From NCBI GenBank assembly GCA_040954595.2, contig CM082582.2:9663483-9727482 (forward strand): a DNA stretch of 64,000 nucleotides, given 5' to 3'. Shown here piece by piece: positions 1 to 17,938 of this stretch (positions are counted from its first letter, which is position 1; each line of letters begins with the position of its first letter). The notes beneath the pieces were generated by a model. The model was not told where the DNA came from, searched no databases, and saw only the letters and a program-made list of their open reading frames with translations. The stretch is from Balanoglossus misakiensis (lineage: Eukaryota > Animalia > Hemichordata). A program made the translations under genes and the position numbers.

Positions 1-154
1 TTAGAGTTATTGGCTCGGGTTTCATTCATGCATTAAGAGTGCAAGTATACACTTTTTTTCATCAATATTCACATTCCGCAAGGATATGGGTTCATGGCAA
101 TATGTCTCAATGAAATCTAGCTGTACCTGGATAAAAAAAAGACATGCAACTTAC

Positions 155-2232
155 CAAACTCGTGGTTTCCGTAGACAGCAGCGTGGACTTTCAGTGCGTT
201 CAATATCGGCAACATTTGCCGGCCTCTGGTAACGTTACTCACTGGCAACACAAGCAAACAAATTCCCAATTAAAAGTGAAAACAAACTGATAAAACATAC
301 TAACTGTTGGTGAGAGTATTAAATCACCTTGGAAAATTCATGGAAACAGAAATTTGATGAAAGTCACATTCTCTTTGCTCAATTCATCGCAGACGTAATT
401 AAGATTTACGATTTAATATATATTGCATTTTATTGAGGACTAACCCCGCTGTGATGGTTAATCAGTCTACAAGGCAGTACTATGAACACAAAATTGCTCT
501 AACTGTAAAAAGACAAACCCATCAAGACGTCTTTTGAAATCCAAATTGCAATATGTGCAGGCAAACAAATCCAAAGTAATTTACTTTGTTTATGCAGCCA
601 ATTTTAATGTAGCTGTGACAGAAGCCTGGAATTATGCACTCTGCAGGTATATAAATATATACCCTCGGTGATGCGATTTTATGTTTAGCAGATGGATTAT
701 TGGATGGTTGATCTGCATTCAAAAGGTAGCAACACGGCAATGTTTGCGTATGCCCTCTTCAGTGCCACATCCCCGCATTCCCAATAAACTACGTTATTTG
801 AATCCCGTCTACCACGGAGACGCCGCAAACTTTTCTTCTGAGGGCCACGGAGGAAATTCGAGCTGTTTATCCTAGCCGGGTACACACCCTCTTACGAGAT
901 TCAATGATGTCGTACAGGTAACATGACATCTTTTATGAAATAACTGCCCCCGCATGTAACGATCACTACAGCGCTCTCGTAAATCCACTCTCCTCAATTT
1001 CTGGAATCCATTACATTCAGTGTTATATCAACTGCTTTGGAGCATATCTGGAGAGAGTCAGCTGAAATGGCTGGTTTTAGTTTTATGCATAGCTATCCCC
1101 AGCCATTGGTTTTTTTCTCTCAGACATACTGACATAATATCTCTTTATAAGGGCTGACATTTAGATTGTATTTGCACAGTACTATTAAAACTAAACCACA
1201 GTGAAATGAGTGAGACTTTACCACAATGGGACTGACAGGCCAGCGGTATAACAGGAAAAAATACTTCATTAGGCAAGAAAATAAGAGACGAAACCATAGT
1301 TACAAAGTAATATCACCCTGGTCATAAAACTATGAATCTATAAAACATTTCTGAAATTACGTAAAGACACTACATTAATACCCTTAGGGATCTGTGAATA
1401 GTTCTGCAGCTCTCTAAGGCAAGGGTTCGTTTTCATTTAATTCAAGGCTACGAAAGTTGCTATGGCATCAACAGGTACAAATCTGAATGCCGATTACAAA
1501 CATGTCCTAATAAAACTCTTTTTATGCTACTAGCCTTCGATTTCACCTACAACATACAATACAATACTCCTTCACCCTACCACTATACACTCTAAATTAT
1601 ACTTTCTAAACCTTCTAAAGCAATTTCAGACTGAACTTCCTGTCTACTTTTGCACATGTTACAGGTGAGCACAGGTCAGGGTTTCTTCTGAAAACGATGG
1701 CACATATAAATGTTTTCCATGAGTATCTACAGCACTGCATAAATATTTCAACAATAATGAAATAAATCAATATTACTGGGAACTCAGGCCTGGAAGTGTT
1801 AAACTTGAATTTATCTTTGTACATTTCATGAAGGTATTTGTTCAAATGCAAAAAATATATTTATTTATTTGCTGATGCAAAAGATACTCAGTCACTCATT
1901 GAAAGATGCTTAGGAGTAGACTCATTTATTCACAGCAAGTTATGGAGGAGAGACATTCAACACTTACTCATCGATGGATTCAGACAATCTCCAGAAAACA
2001 GCAGCAAGGGGTTAACATGTTGCAGCTCTTTGATAGCTGTGGCAAAGCGAGCTGCTCCCCCGACTGGCTCCACATCGCCTGGTTCGATGTTGTACACGTC
2101 GTTAAAATGCAAAATTGTTATGACTTCAGGTGAGAAGGTTGTGTACATTGCTCGTATTTCTGCCGACAGCTTGCGTCGAGAAGAAGTTTTCCGGTCCAAC
2201 GTGGATAGGGATTCATTGAAACCTGTCATCAT
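155..2232 (-). CDS. 5'-nucleotidase / calcineurin-like metallophosphoesterase (YfkN-like), 5' exons only; the gene continues beyond window start
   Basis: Exon 1968-~2232 encodes ITILHFNDVY..GGAARF..LLLFSGDCLNPS. It splices in frame (GTAAGT / CAG) to exon 155-241, MSNVTRGRQMLPILNALKVHAAVYGNHEF. The NDVY, GD and GNHEF motifs are metallophosphoesterase motifs. The true start is uncertain; a candidate upstream exon ends at the GTGAGTA donor at 4547. Confidence 0.85.
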
Positions 2233-5200
2233 GAAGACATAAGTGATAAAAAAGATTTCATAATTCAACTTGAGAGTGTGTACAATCAGTTTTCTTCAAC
2301 TGCTAGTATCTGTACTGCATTTTGAGGCCAAACACCAATCAGATTACAACTTAGAATTGGTGAAGTCTAGAATTTCCATGCAAGTATAGAATTTCCACAT
2401 CCCACCATCAGACTGTTTGCTTCCAGACATACCAAGCTGCAGTTTTTGCACTACTTCATCTGAAAGGCAATCATTTCACTCCCAATTTCCATTTATGTCT
2501 ATTTGCACAGCTCAGATATTTTTGAAGTCCAACGTAATGTATATTTTCCTTGACACATCAAAGCACCAGCCTACTAATATAACATTTATTAAGTTAGCTG
2601 TAACTAATCAAGTTTTCAATGTCATTCCGTGGATTTGATTATTTTGTGTCCACTGTGTGCTGGCATTAATCTTGTGAAAGAAAATGCATTTACCACTTTG
2701 AATTTCCATGGCGGTTTTTAATTGTCGGGGCTGGAGTTAAATGAACGTGGATCAACTTTGGCACCTGTTGGACACATGGCAACAGTTGCCATTGACAACA
2801 GGAAACATATACACCCAGACACTCGCAACAGGATGCCTGCATGTAACTCCAATAGCATGTTTTTAAAATATAAGGCCGTGAATTTAGTTGATGATAAAAA
2901 ACTGCTGAGTCAGCATTTTTTCGCCAATGGTTTTTCATATGAATCCACAAGCAAAAAAAAAAAAAAAAAACAGCCTGCAGTTGAAAGTTAGTATGAAACA
3001 ATGATAATTATAGAGCAAACACATACACATGATTCTGATTTGAATGATTTGTATGCAAGTGATTTTCAATGGCTTGTAATTAACTTCTGCTTTGGGCATT
3101 TGATAAAAACGAACTATCCTCGTCATCACAGTGCTTCTCTCTAAACACTGCTTTTCTTTCATAGTCTACCTTTGTTGAATCCACAGTCCAACATTAAAAG
3201 CAAATTGCTGTATTTATGTATCATTCAAACTGACAAGTGACTCATTAAAATCTTTTTTTTTTAAAGTTTCTCATTGTAGTGAAACCAAAGCAAGGAAATT
3301 TACCACTTTAGTCACACAACTTAACAGTCACCATACACGCATATACTGAAGCCCCTGTCTGGGTAAAAGTACCCAAGGCTATCAGTTTCTGGAATGTACT
3401 TAAAATCGTAAGTGTAAGGGGCTGTCACTCTTAGCCTAGGGCTATTTCTATAAATTGCTGCATAATCGAATTATTTTGGGGAAATGATACATGCACAAAT
3501 CCTAGCAGTCTGGACTGTTGTATGCCAGTCAAACACATCCATTTTGCCTTAGCAACAATCACATTACAAATTGTTTACACACATAATAATTGCAGTTACT
3601 GAATACAAAGTCTTGAGCATGGCTATCAAACAGAACTTACTGTACAAATAGCACTGGATTTCAAGGCCCTTGAATTCATTAATTGTTCTGAGGTTGCTAT
3701 GCTTACATTGGAATTTCTGAGAATTTTTTTCAAATATTTTTTGGGTTAAAAAGATGAAAAGTAGCATTAATAACAGACACATGAAAACACAAATTTTGGC
3801 ATAGATGCATTAAATAAAGTCTCTGCAAAAGAGCATTGATTTTTGCTAACCTAATTGTAAGTTAGACATATTTTTGATACAGCCTTTTTAATTTTATCCA
3901 TTCTACTGTAAGATAACAGGTTCATATCAATCTATTTCCGGCCTGTTTTCTGTTATGTAATTTACAGTTAAAGAATAATGTTTAATAGAGTGTGTTCGCA
4001 ACTTTCACAGAATTCAAAATATTATTACCCTCGTTTCCTGATGATTCAAACCAAAAAAATTTGGTGCTCCAGACCCCAAAATCCCTCTACAGAGACGCAC
4101 GTAGGTACAAACGCCGGGCATCTGTACGTGACAATTTTACTGTAGCAGACGACAAAAATCCGGTTGCTTTGATTCTCTCGCTCCGTTTATACTTCGCAGA
4201 CACGCCAGTCTGTGTTTTTTCATTCGCAACTAATATAATGATATACAGACTCAGTCAATAAGTACCCGGCACTAGTCATTTGCCGATATGGGGCATGTCA
4301 TGTAACTTGTAAGTTTCGATCTGAAATCGACAACCACCCGACACCAAAAATGCCTCTGTGACGCCCGTATCATTTTAAATCGTATGATGGTCCCACGTTT
4401 TATCGAACTATATCCGGCAACTGACTGCAGAGAAACTCTCTAATTTTAAACTCATAGTACTGAGTGAAATGTAACGATTTCACTGTTAAAAGCCGGCCGC
4501 TGTAATCGTGATGTTTTTATAAGTTTATACGACCACCCAGTACTCACCATTCCACCGCATTTTGGCGCGGTCATCTTGACTGGCGGAACATCCCATTTCC
4601 AGAAATACTTTCAAATGGAGAAATAATCGAACTTTCACTTCAGAATTATGTCTTAGTTATATACACAAAAAATGAATGCTTTGGATCAAAACACGTCCGC
4701 CAAATCCAATTTGCATCGTTGTTTTTAACAGAAGTTCTACGGATGAGGGAACTTGGTCTACATCTTCCAGTCCGTGGAAGACAACTTCGTGCTCTCGGTA
4801 ACATTCATACTGTGCGGAATTCTTGTTCATCACGTTATCTCCATCTCAGACTTCGGGTCGTATGTTCAAAACTGTAAATAACCATGGAAGGAATAACGCA
4901 TGATCACGTCCCATCCTAGTCTGCCAGCACCATCCCAACTGGGAAATGTACATGGGACTCGCCGTCACGTCGTCGTCGTCCGGCTGAGAAAGTGAAGAAA
5001 TTACGCATGCGCTCTGAAGTTCAGGAAAGGAGAATCGATTAGCGGAAGGGTTGCCACGGAAACCGGCAAGCTTTGCTTGTCGAAGATGGCACCACAAATT
5101 AATTAGCAAACACATCCGTTGGCAATGGAAACCGTAGCCGTATTCAGACACCAATTTTGCGGGCAGTTATATTTCTCTCACGTACGTCTGATCAAAGTTT

Positions 5201-5858
5201 GATTCCATTATTATTTAAACGGGAATAAATGATTATTCACCGTTTTAAATCCAAAAGCAAAGCAATTACATCACAGAGAAAAAATAAGAAGAAAGGTAAA
5301 AGGCAGCTTATATACAAGAGTGAGTTAATTGCTTTCGTGCCAACTGTTTTCTGGCAAAGGTAGCCCACAACGAGAATTTTGACTTCACATCTATAGATTT
5401 TATTCATAATTTTCTGATTGTGAAGTCAAAATTTTTATATTCTTTCGACACTTTTGGACGAGAAACAAGTTGCCGAAACACATCATCCCAAATCAGAAAC
5501 TCTTGAGGGCGCCATTCTGCAGAAAGAAGTGCGCATTCACATCGATTTTGGGTTATAAAAACACTTCTGGGGACTGTCTGTGCACACCTATATCAGCTGA
5601 TCCATTGGCTCAGTTGGTAGAGCATCCTACATTAATAGGAAAAGTGTTCCTGCATGGGTACTTTCCTTCAAAACACTACCAACCAACAACTGCAAGCTCA
5701 GTAAGATTTGATTGAAATATTTATTGCCAAAACACGTTGTAAACATACAGTAACTGTTGTAAGTGTAAAAATAAGTTAAACTTTCATAACATCTGTCACA
5801 TAAAAAATATGACAATAGAATACAAATTGTCAGAAAAAGAGTATTCAGTGTTTGGTGG

Positions 5859-7473
5859 TCATGAATCATTGCCAGCAGCATCTTCTAAAATCTTTCTTTT
5901 CCATTCCTCATAATCGTCAGTTTTGGATTTTTTCCGTGGTGATCTACTGAGTCCGAGTGTCTGCTGTGAAGTTGTGCCAGCCTCTGAAAACAAGAGTGAA
6001 AATCTCAATTCAACATACACAGGATATTTGTCACAGGACTGATGTGAGAAAAGTTACACTTACTCATATTGTTTGTTTGAGATCTCTTTAATATCACAGG
6101 AAAATAAAATCTGATCGGTTCCGAGATTTATAACATAAATATATTCTATATCCATATTAATGATTTCTTGATACCTTCAAAAGATTTTTCTAAATCTTCA
6201 ACCCAATGATGTGGTCTTTTTCCATTCGTTGCCTTTTTATCATCTGTGAAGGACAAAGTCAGAATTCAATAGAAAATACAAGGGGCGTGAAAAACAAAAC
6301 ATACACAACATAAAATAGAAAAGGGGCTGAAATGAAAACAGAAGCAATATTGATAATAGCTGCAGATTTCAACTTAAAATAACATACATGTACCTAAAAT
6401 TTTCTTGGCATGTGTCTCCATGGCATTGTACAATTTGTCAAATGTTGATTTTTTTATTCCCGCGAGACCAATTATCTTACTTTTATCAATCTTCACTTTT
6501 AAGCATCTGTGGATTTTAAAAAAAGAAAGGGATTTTATGCTTTCAATCAATGTCTCTGACATGAGCCCATACATAAAACTTAACACAAGCCTTATCATGT
6601 CAAATTCAATGAAAATTGGATGAAGTGGTTTTTGTAACCTGCAAGCTGTATACACTGCTACTGTTGGATACATTGGTTGACTGAAGTCTACACCATCTTC
6701 TTGTCCTTCGATCTCTGAACTCTGTGTCTCTGACATATACCTGCAAAGAATGTAAAATAACACAGAAGATGAATGCAAGACCATACACACATAAAAGTAC
6801 CAGGATGTAACGTCATGTTAAGTCATATAGTGGCCCATTCTTTCAAGACTTTCAAGATAAATCTACCTTTGAACAATTTTCTCTGCAAGGGAAGTTGTCT
6901 GCACACAGCCAAACTGTACCGCTACTTCTCGCGCTGTCAGCTTGGGTTGAAGATCCAAGGCATTTTCTAGAGTCTTTAGTGTGAGAGTATACACTTTCTT
7001 TTTCACCCCGGACAGTTTGACAGCAACACCCTAAAACAGAGTGACAAGCAAAGGTGATGATTTGGTGAATGTGCCAAAAAACATCTTTACAATGTAATTT
7101 CCATGTTGTCACAAACCTTGTCAATGTGATGCTCAAGAGAAGATGCAGCCAAGTCAAGACACATCACAGCTTTGCAAGAACCGGACATGTTCAACGCTGC
7201 AAAGTTGCTGGACGTCAACCGTACTTCACACAAACGTAGCAACTCTTCGGACTTTCTGCAGTGAACAAAATATTGCAATGATTAAAAATGCAACATACAT
7301 CATGTCTGTTTCAACTCGTCATTCCTTATGTACGTGCAAGATCAGCAAAATCAGAATGTCTGATTAAAATAAAAACACGAAAATCACACGTCATATGACA
7401 AAGGGTACCTTATTATTTTACTCGAATTAATGCCGAGCTTGGCTGCGAGGTGATTTATAACTTGCCCTTCCAT
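5859..7473 (-). CDS. ORC6: Origin recognition complex subunit 6 (7 exons)
   Basis: Approximate exons 7409-7473, 7117-7255, 6868-7030, ~6639-6740, ~6393-6506, ~6176-6244, 5859-~5983. Translation MEGQVINHLAAKLGINSSKIIRKSEELLRLCEV..KAVMCLDLAA..REVAVQFGC..LKVKIDKSKI..GIKKSTFDKL, ending in the conserved DYEEWKRKILE motif. Confidence 0.93.
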
Positions 7474-7663
7474 TTCGGATGAAATGTTGGCTCAGTGTTG
7501 ACTTTTTGTAACTCAGTGTGCCGATTTTTCCCGCGAGATGACGTAAAATAGCTTTACTCCAATGAAGAAGGACGTTTCATTGATAACCCGGAAGTGAATT
7601 ACGAACCAATCATAGTTGGTTTTTAACGTGTAATATAATTTGGGTCACGTGAAAGAAGAGAAA
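7474..7663. promoter_or_regulatory. Compact bidirectional promoter shared by ORC6 and VPS35
   Basis: 190 bp between divergent ATGs. It contains E2F-like TTTCCCGCG (~7527), CRE-like TGACGTAA (~7539), ETS CCGGAAGT (~7588), CCAAT (~7606) and E-box GTCACGTG (~7644). Confidence 0.75.
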
Positions 7664-13479
<5,816 letters not shown>

Positions 13480-14699
13480 TCTACTTCACACTTTTGTCCA
13501 TATGTATAATTTCAGTTATCGTAAATTTGAATCCACTTTTCTCTGCCTCAATCTTTCAGGTTTTGAAATTAGGTGCTATTAGTTTCATCCGTCATCTTTT
13601 CCTATTATTGAGAAATCCACAGGTGTAAAATTTGCATATAAAAAAGTATGCAAAATGCCTGATTGGGTGTGACATTCAGCTTATCAAATGTTTGGATGTG
13701 ACGCATTGTCAAGGGCTGTGAGAAGTACGTGGTTATCATGCAGTGTTGTTCGTTGTAAAATGGTGTGTATATTTGCATATTTCTTGCAAATTATGCAAAT
13801 TAATCATTAGGTATGCGAAAATAGTCAAGAACTTGCGCATGCGTATTGCAGAGCCGTGCTGTCAGAACAAACTGCTCAGCTGAAGTGACTTTTTGTAAAG
13901 TTGATAATCTCTGACCTTCTGTGGCAAAGAATCTGACAGACTGCACAAAAACTAAGCACAAAAACTTGGCAAAAGTTTGGCTCACACCAAGTATGTAAAT
14001 ATAAAATATGCTGAATCATAGTGTAGAAATTACAATGGTTTTATTGATAGGCTTTTTTTTCATTTTATTAGAATAATAAGCTTATATATAGACGGAGCTG
14101 GGTAAGAAAGTCATCTACCAGACTACTTATAGACAGTTCCTGGAGGAAAGCTTTATTAGACAAACTGTCAAGAAGTGGTGAAACATTCTTTTCATGAGGC
14201 CGAGACATCGCAAAATAAAAGTGTGGCTTATATTATTGCTCCCAATGTAGTCAAGCCAAACTGTAAGGTTGCCACTCAATGAGTCACAGCCTCAATAGGT
14301 CTCAGTGTTGGCGATTGGTCGGTTAAAAATTGTAATAAAAAATTAAGGCAGGAAATTGCATCTGGACAGTTGAGATTATGCAGAAGACATGGGTGTGACA
14401 GCTAGGACCGCATTTTCTAGTGAGATTGCGGAATTTTCTACTATGGAACTGATCGTCCAAAAGGATGGTGGTTTTTATTATACTTAAAAACACTTGTGGG
14501 AGATCAGTTTCTGAAAATGATAAGAAAATATGTAAAACCTAGATGGAGTTGGTCTGTGTATGCAAGAATTAAAATTAGGGCAATTGCATCTTGTGGTTTG
14601 TAAGCATTTAGTAGGTAGTGGCATGTTCTTTGTCATTATTTTGAAAAAAGGCATTTTACCGTCCTCGACCTAACTTCAGAGTTGTTGTTGTGATATGAC

Positions 14700-15553
14700 T
14701 TATTGAGGTTTCCCTCCCAATGGAATGTTGGCGCCGTTAGCGCGATAAAAGTCCATGTCGGCTATGACCGCCTCTCTCCTGTGCTTCTTGTCAGATGCAT
14801 CACGCACTAAGGAATCCTTCAGATATTTCCCGAAATACGAGTTTGACCGCACTGGTATTGGCCTCTCCCTCTCCTGTCGATTAGAAGAATGCAGAAGAAA
14901 CAATTGGACAGTTTTCTTTCTAGTTCAATATAGTTACTTGCAACCTCTCTAGTTGTTGTACTGTCCGACGAAACCATTCGTTTATCCATAATGGCCGTTG
15001 GGGGCGCCAACTAAATACACGTCGCCGGAAATGATGTATTTGCATTGGTTTTGGAAAAATCTTGCCCATTATTAGAATGAGTTCATAATAAGTGTACTTT
15101 CACTCACTCACTCAACTTCAATCATTCATTCATTCACTCAGTCCTTCGCCCATTCGTTCGTTCATTCATTCTGATTGAAAGATACGTAAATGCCTGTTTC
15201 AGCATGCGTGACCAACTCACCTCCGCTGCCACGTCCAGCTTGAAAGTGGACATTCTATCATCTCTGTGGCGCCTGTTTTCATAACCGTCACTCTGACGGA
15301 ACAGTCGATCATACAGGAGCGGCTTCGAATGCTGCACAAAATATGAACAGCCTAATTTAATTCATAACATGAATATGCGGTAATGTTCAGATCTATAACA
15401 TCTCTCTAAAAAGATTATTTTGAAGATGTGTTGATATGTGTATATTTCTGCACATTCCCCGGTAAAGTCAACCTTGCCAGAGGCCGCTTCGTCCAGAAAA
15501 GAGGATACGTAGGGAGGGGGCCTTATATGTGGCAAGCTAATACACGTTGTCAC
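14700..15553 (-). CDS. CFAP90/C5orf49-like small ciliary protein; 5' end uncertain
   Basis: Exons ~15220-15331 (HSKPLLYDRLFRQSDGYENRRHRDDRMSTFKLDVAAE) and 14700-14873 (ERERPIPVRSNSYFGK..VIADMDFYRANGANI) resemble the CFAP90 pattern LYD.IF....Y..KLHRDDR...L.V..EE..RP......S.YGK...DFYR.N. A possible upstream exon lies at ~15472-15553. Confidence 0.65.
15100..15171. repeat. Degenerate tetranucleotide microsatellite (TCAC/TCAT/TCGT)n, intronic
   Basis: tcactcactcactca..tcattcattcattcactca..tcgttcgttcattcatt. Confidence 0.7.
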
Positions 15554-16002
15554 ATTTCAAGTGATATGGGTATCTGATATTCAGTCCGCTCCTCGTAACT
15601 ACCACCAGCTGCATAATCGTGGATGTCAAACTGAGCAAACCGTCATAAAATTACAGAAGTCACGACATCGTTTCCTGTTAGACACTTGTGATTTGTCCAG
15701 ATAATGGGGAAGGTGGGGGGGGGGGGCTAAGTGATTTGACTTGTTTCACTAAAGAAATGGGTGTGTCTAAGATCACAGAAGGTAAAAAAGTGATAGACAA
15801 CAAGTGAGCCAAATATATTAGTTGAATAATTTGAATATATGTGTGTGTGTGTGTGACATAAGACGTCATGATATGAAATAGACCAAAATCGCAGCTAGGA
15901 CGTTTTATTGAAGGATTTAGTTTTCTTCGCATATTCAGCAAGATCGTCACAGGGCCCAAGAAAACACCCATTGCTGCATCTCGCTAGCTGAGGTCATGTA
16001 TG

Positions 16003-16069
16003 GTTACCGCGGCGACGAAAGGCGTAAACACCCGCGCATTTCCTTTCAGCTGCTGGTGCCCATGGTAAC
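16003..16069. promoter_or_regulatory. Two RFX X-box-like motifs upstream of the CFAP90-like gene
   Basis: GTTACCGCGGCGAC (16003-16016) and GTGCCCATGGTAAC (16056-16069) resemble the X-box GTTNCCATGGNAAC found in ciliary gene promoters. Confidence 0.5.
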
Positions 16070-17938
16070 TAATGGTGCCACTACAAAAACCATCTCAAAC
16101 TTTATGATCATAGTAACGTGAAGCCAAAAGGAAATTTCGTTCTAAATAATGCAACGTGGCCTGTCTATGTTCTTGAGCGAAAATGTTATGGGCGAGGATT
16201 CGACAGGACCTAGTAAGTTTGTATTCCCAGCAGTGAATTTTAGGTTATCTTCCCAAATAATGTGGACACGACCTCAAAATAGAAATGATTATAAGAAGAG
16301 AAATTACTCAAAATTTATATTAAAATCGTCGCTAATTTTGAAATAGGAAAGTACTCAACATTTTACCTGTTTAGTACATCCATAGTAATTGAACGTTGAC
16401 GCACGATGCTGTACCTCGTCCATACTGGGTCAATGCACGCACTCTTTCGATTACGTGGGTTCTTCGAAAACACTCTTGCAGATGTGGTGTTTACTTTCCC
16501 TGTGGTGGATACTTAGATCCGAACACGCAGTATGTAACGCCAGGTGTTCAGGACACATTATCGACCGTGACACTAAATGACATTGTAATACTGGGGGGGG
16601 GGGGTAGTTTCGCGCATACAGTGCGGTTGTCATCATGGTCGGTTCAAACCACAAGACTAAGAAGATAATGCTTTAGTCTGTACCCCCATTTAATTTGACT
16701 GTTCAAAGTCATTAGAAAATAACTGGATTTACGGAACTCACTGCATAATATGCGCCAGTAGAGCTCACACCCAGACCAGGCCAGGTTGACCTCTTCAGAG
16801 CAATGGAACAGTCTGAGTTAGCAATAGCAGTGATCGATGGAAAGTGCGGAGAGGTAATACTTAGGAATCAATAGAATACCAGTAACCACTTGTGCGGTGA
16901 AGAGAGCATGGCGTTTAGCGTGTCTGTGGCATTATGTTCATGATCTTGACATTGTAATACAGTTTTCCTCAATTTCAAGTACATGTACTATCTGCGAGAC
17001 GTAAATAGCCAGGATGCTCCAATCGTGTTAAAAATGCGGCAAGGGAATATGTATGTGTAGTGTGGTGTAGTGTAGTGTAGTGAAGTGTAATTTCTACATG
17101 TAATGCTATACAGGCAATAGTTTTTTTCCGTGCAGCTGACATCCATCAACACAAACTGATGTTGGGAATTCGCAAGAAAATCTGTGTAGGTGGGAAATCC
17201 CCAAGAATATCCCGCACATGTCTTTGCGGAACTCGTTTGAATGGATCCTGTCGCGCATAAATCAAGTGTAGTATTTGTTTGAGATTCAATTCATCTTTGT
17301 GTCGTTCGTAGGGTCGGTCCACATTTACAACAACCACACTGCAACAAAACTGCTGTCGACATTTTATTACTTTCCATATCAAATTTAAATCAAACTTTGA
17401 CAGATGAAGTAAATAAAGACAACATATTTTGTCAAGATAATTTGAAATTTCTAAATAGATTTGGCACGTCATCTGCTGAAGGAAAAAAAATAGACTCACG
17501 CCCATTCCGATGGGCCTCGATCTCATCATCTGTGATTATGAAATAATATTTTCAGAGCTTGTAGTTACCAATAGATCTCGTTCCAGTAAGCGTACTAGCA
17601 CACGTTCTGTACGACTACGATAATAGAGGGCGCTCCAACAGCCGCCATTCCCCCATGGTACACAACGTATTGTCCCTGGTAATGTGGCAGGCATCAATTC
17701 CAAGAAATACATAGTTTTGCGTTGAAAAACGCAAATCAGAAATCTTAAAAATTAAGTTTCCGCAAAATGTCATTTGTCTAGTGGTAGGAGTCTGCTAGAA
17801 GTGTTCAGATCGCAGTCAAAGTGATTGTTGATCGCAAGGAAAATTATGGTACTTGTAAACTGTCTTATACTACGTTTATTCTCTCACGGAAAAAAGCAAA
17901 GCAAAACAAAACAAACCAAAATTCAAAAATTTAAAAAC

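Noticed and set aside
5597-5660. tRNA-like TGGCTCAGTTGGTAGAGCA (D-arm / A box)
   Set aside because: No T-arm/B box (GTTCGA) or acceptor-stem closure follows; at most a decayed tRNA-derived SINE fragment.
16149-16900. Possible small plus-strand gene (short ORFs, GT donors at ~16213 and ~16854)
   Set aside because: I could not build a consistent spliced reading frame or recognise a domain.
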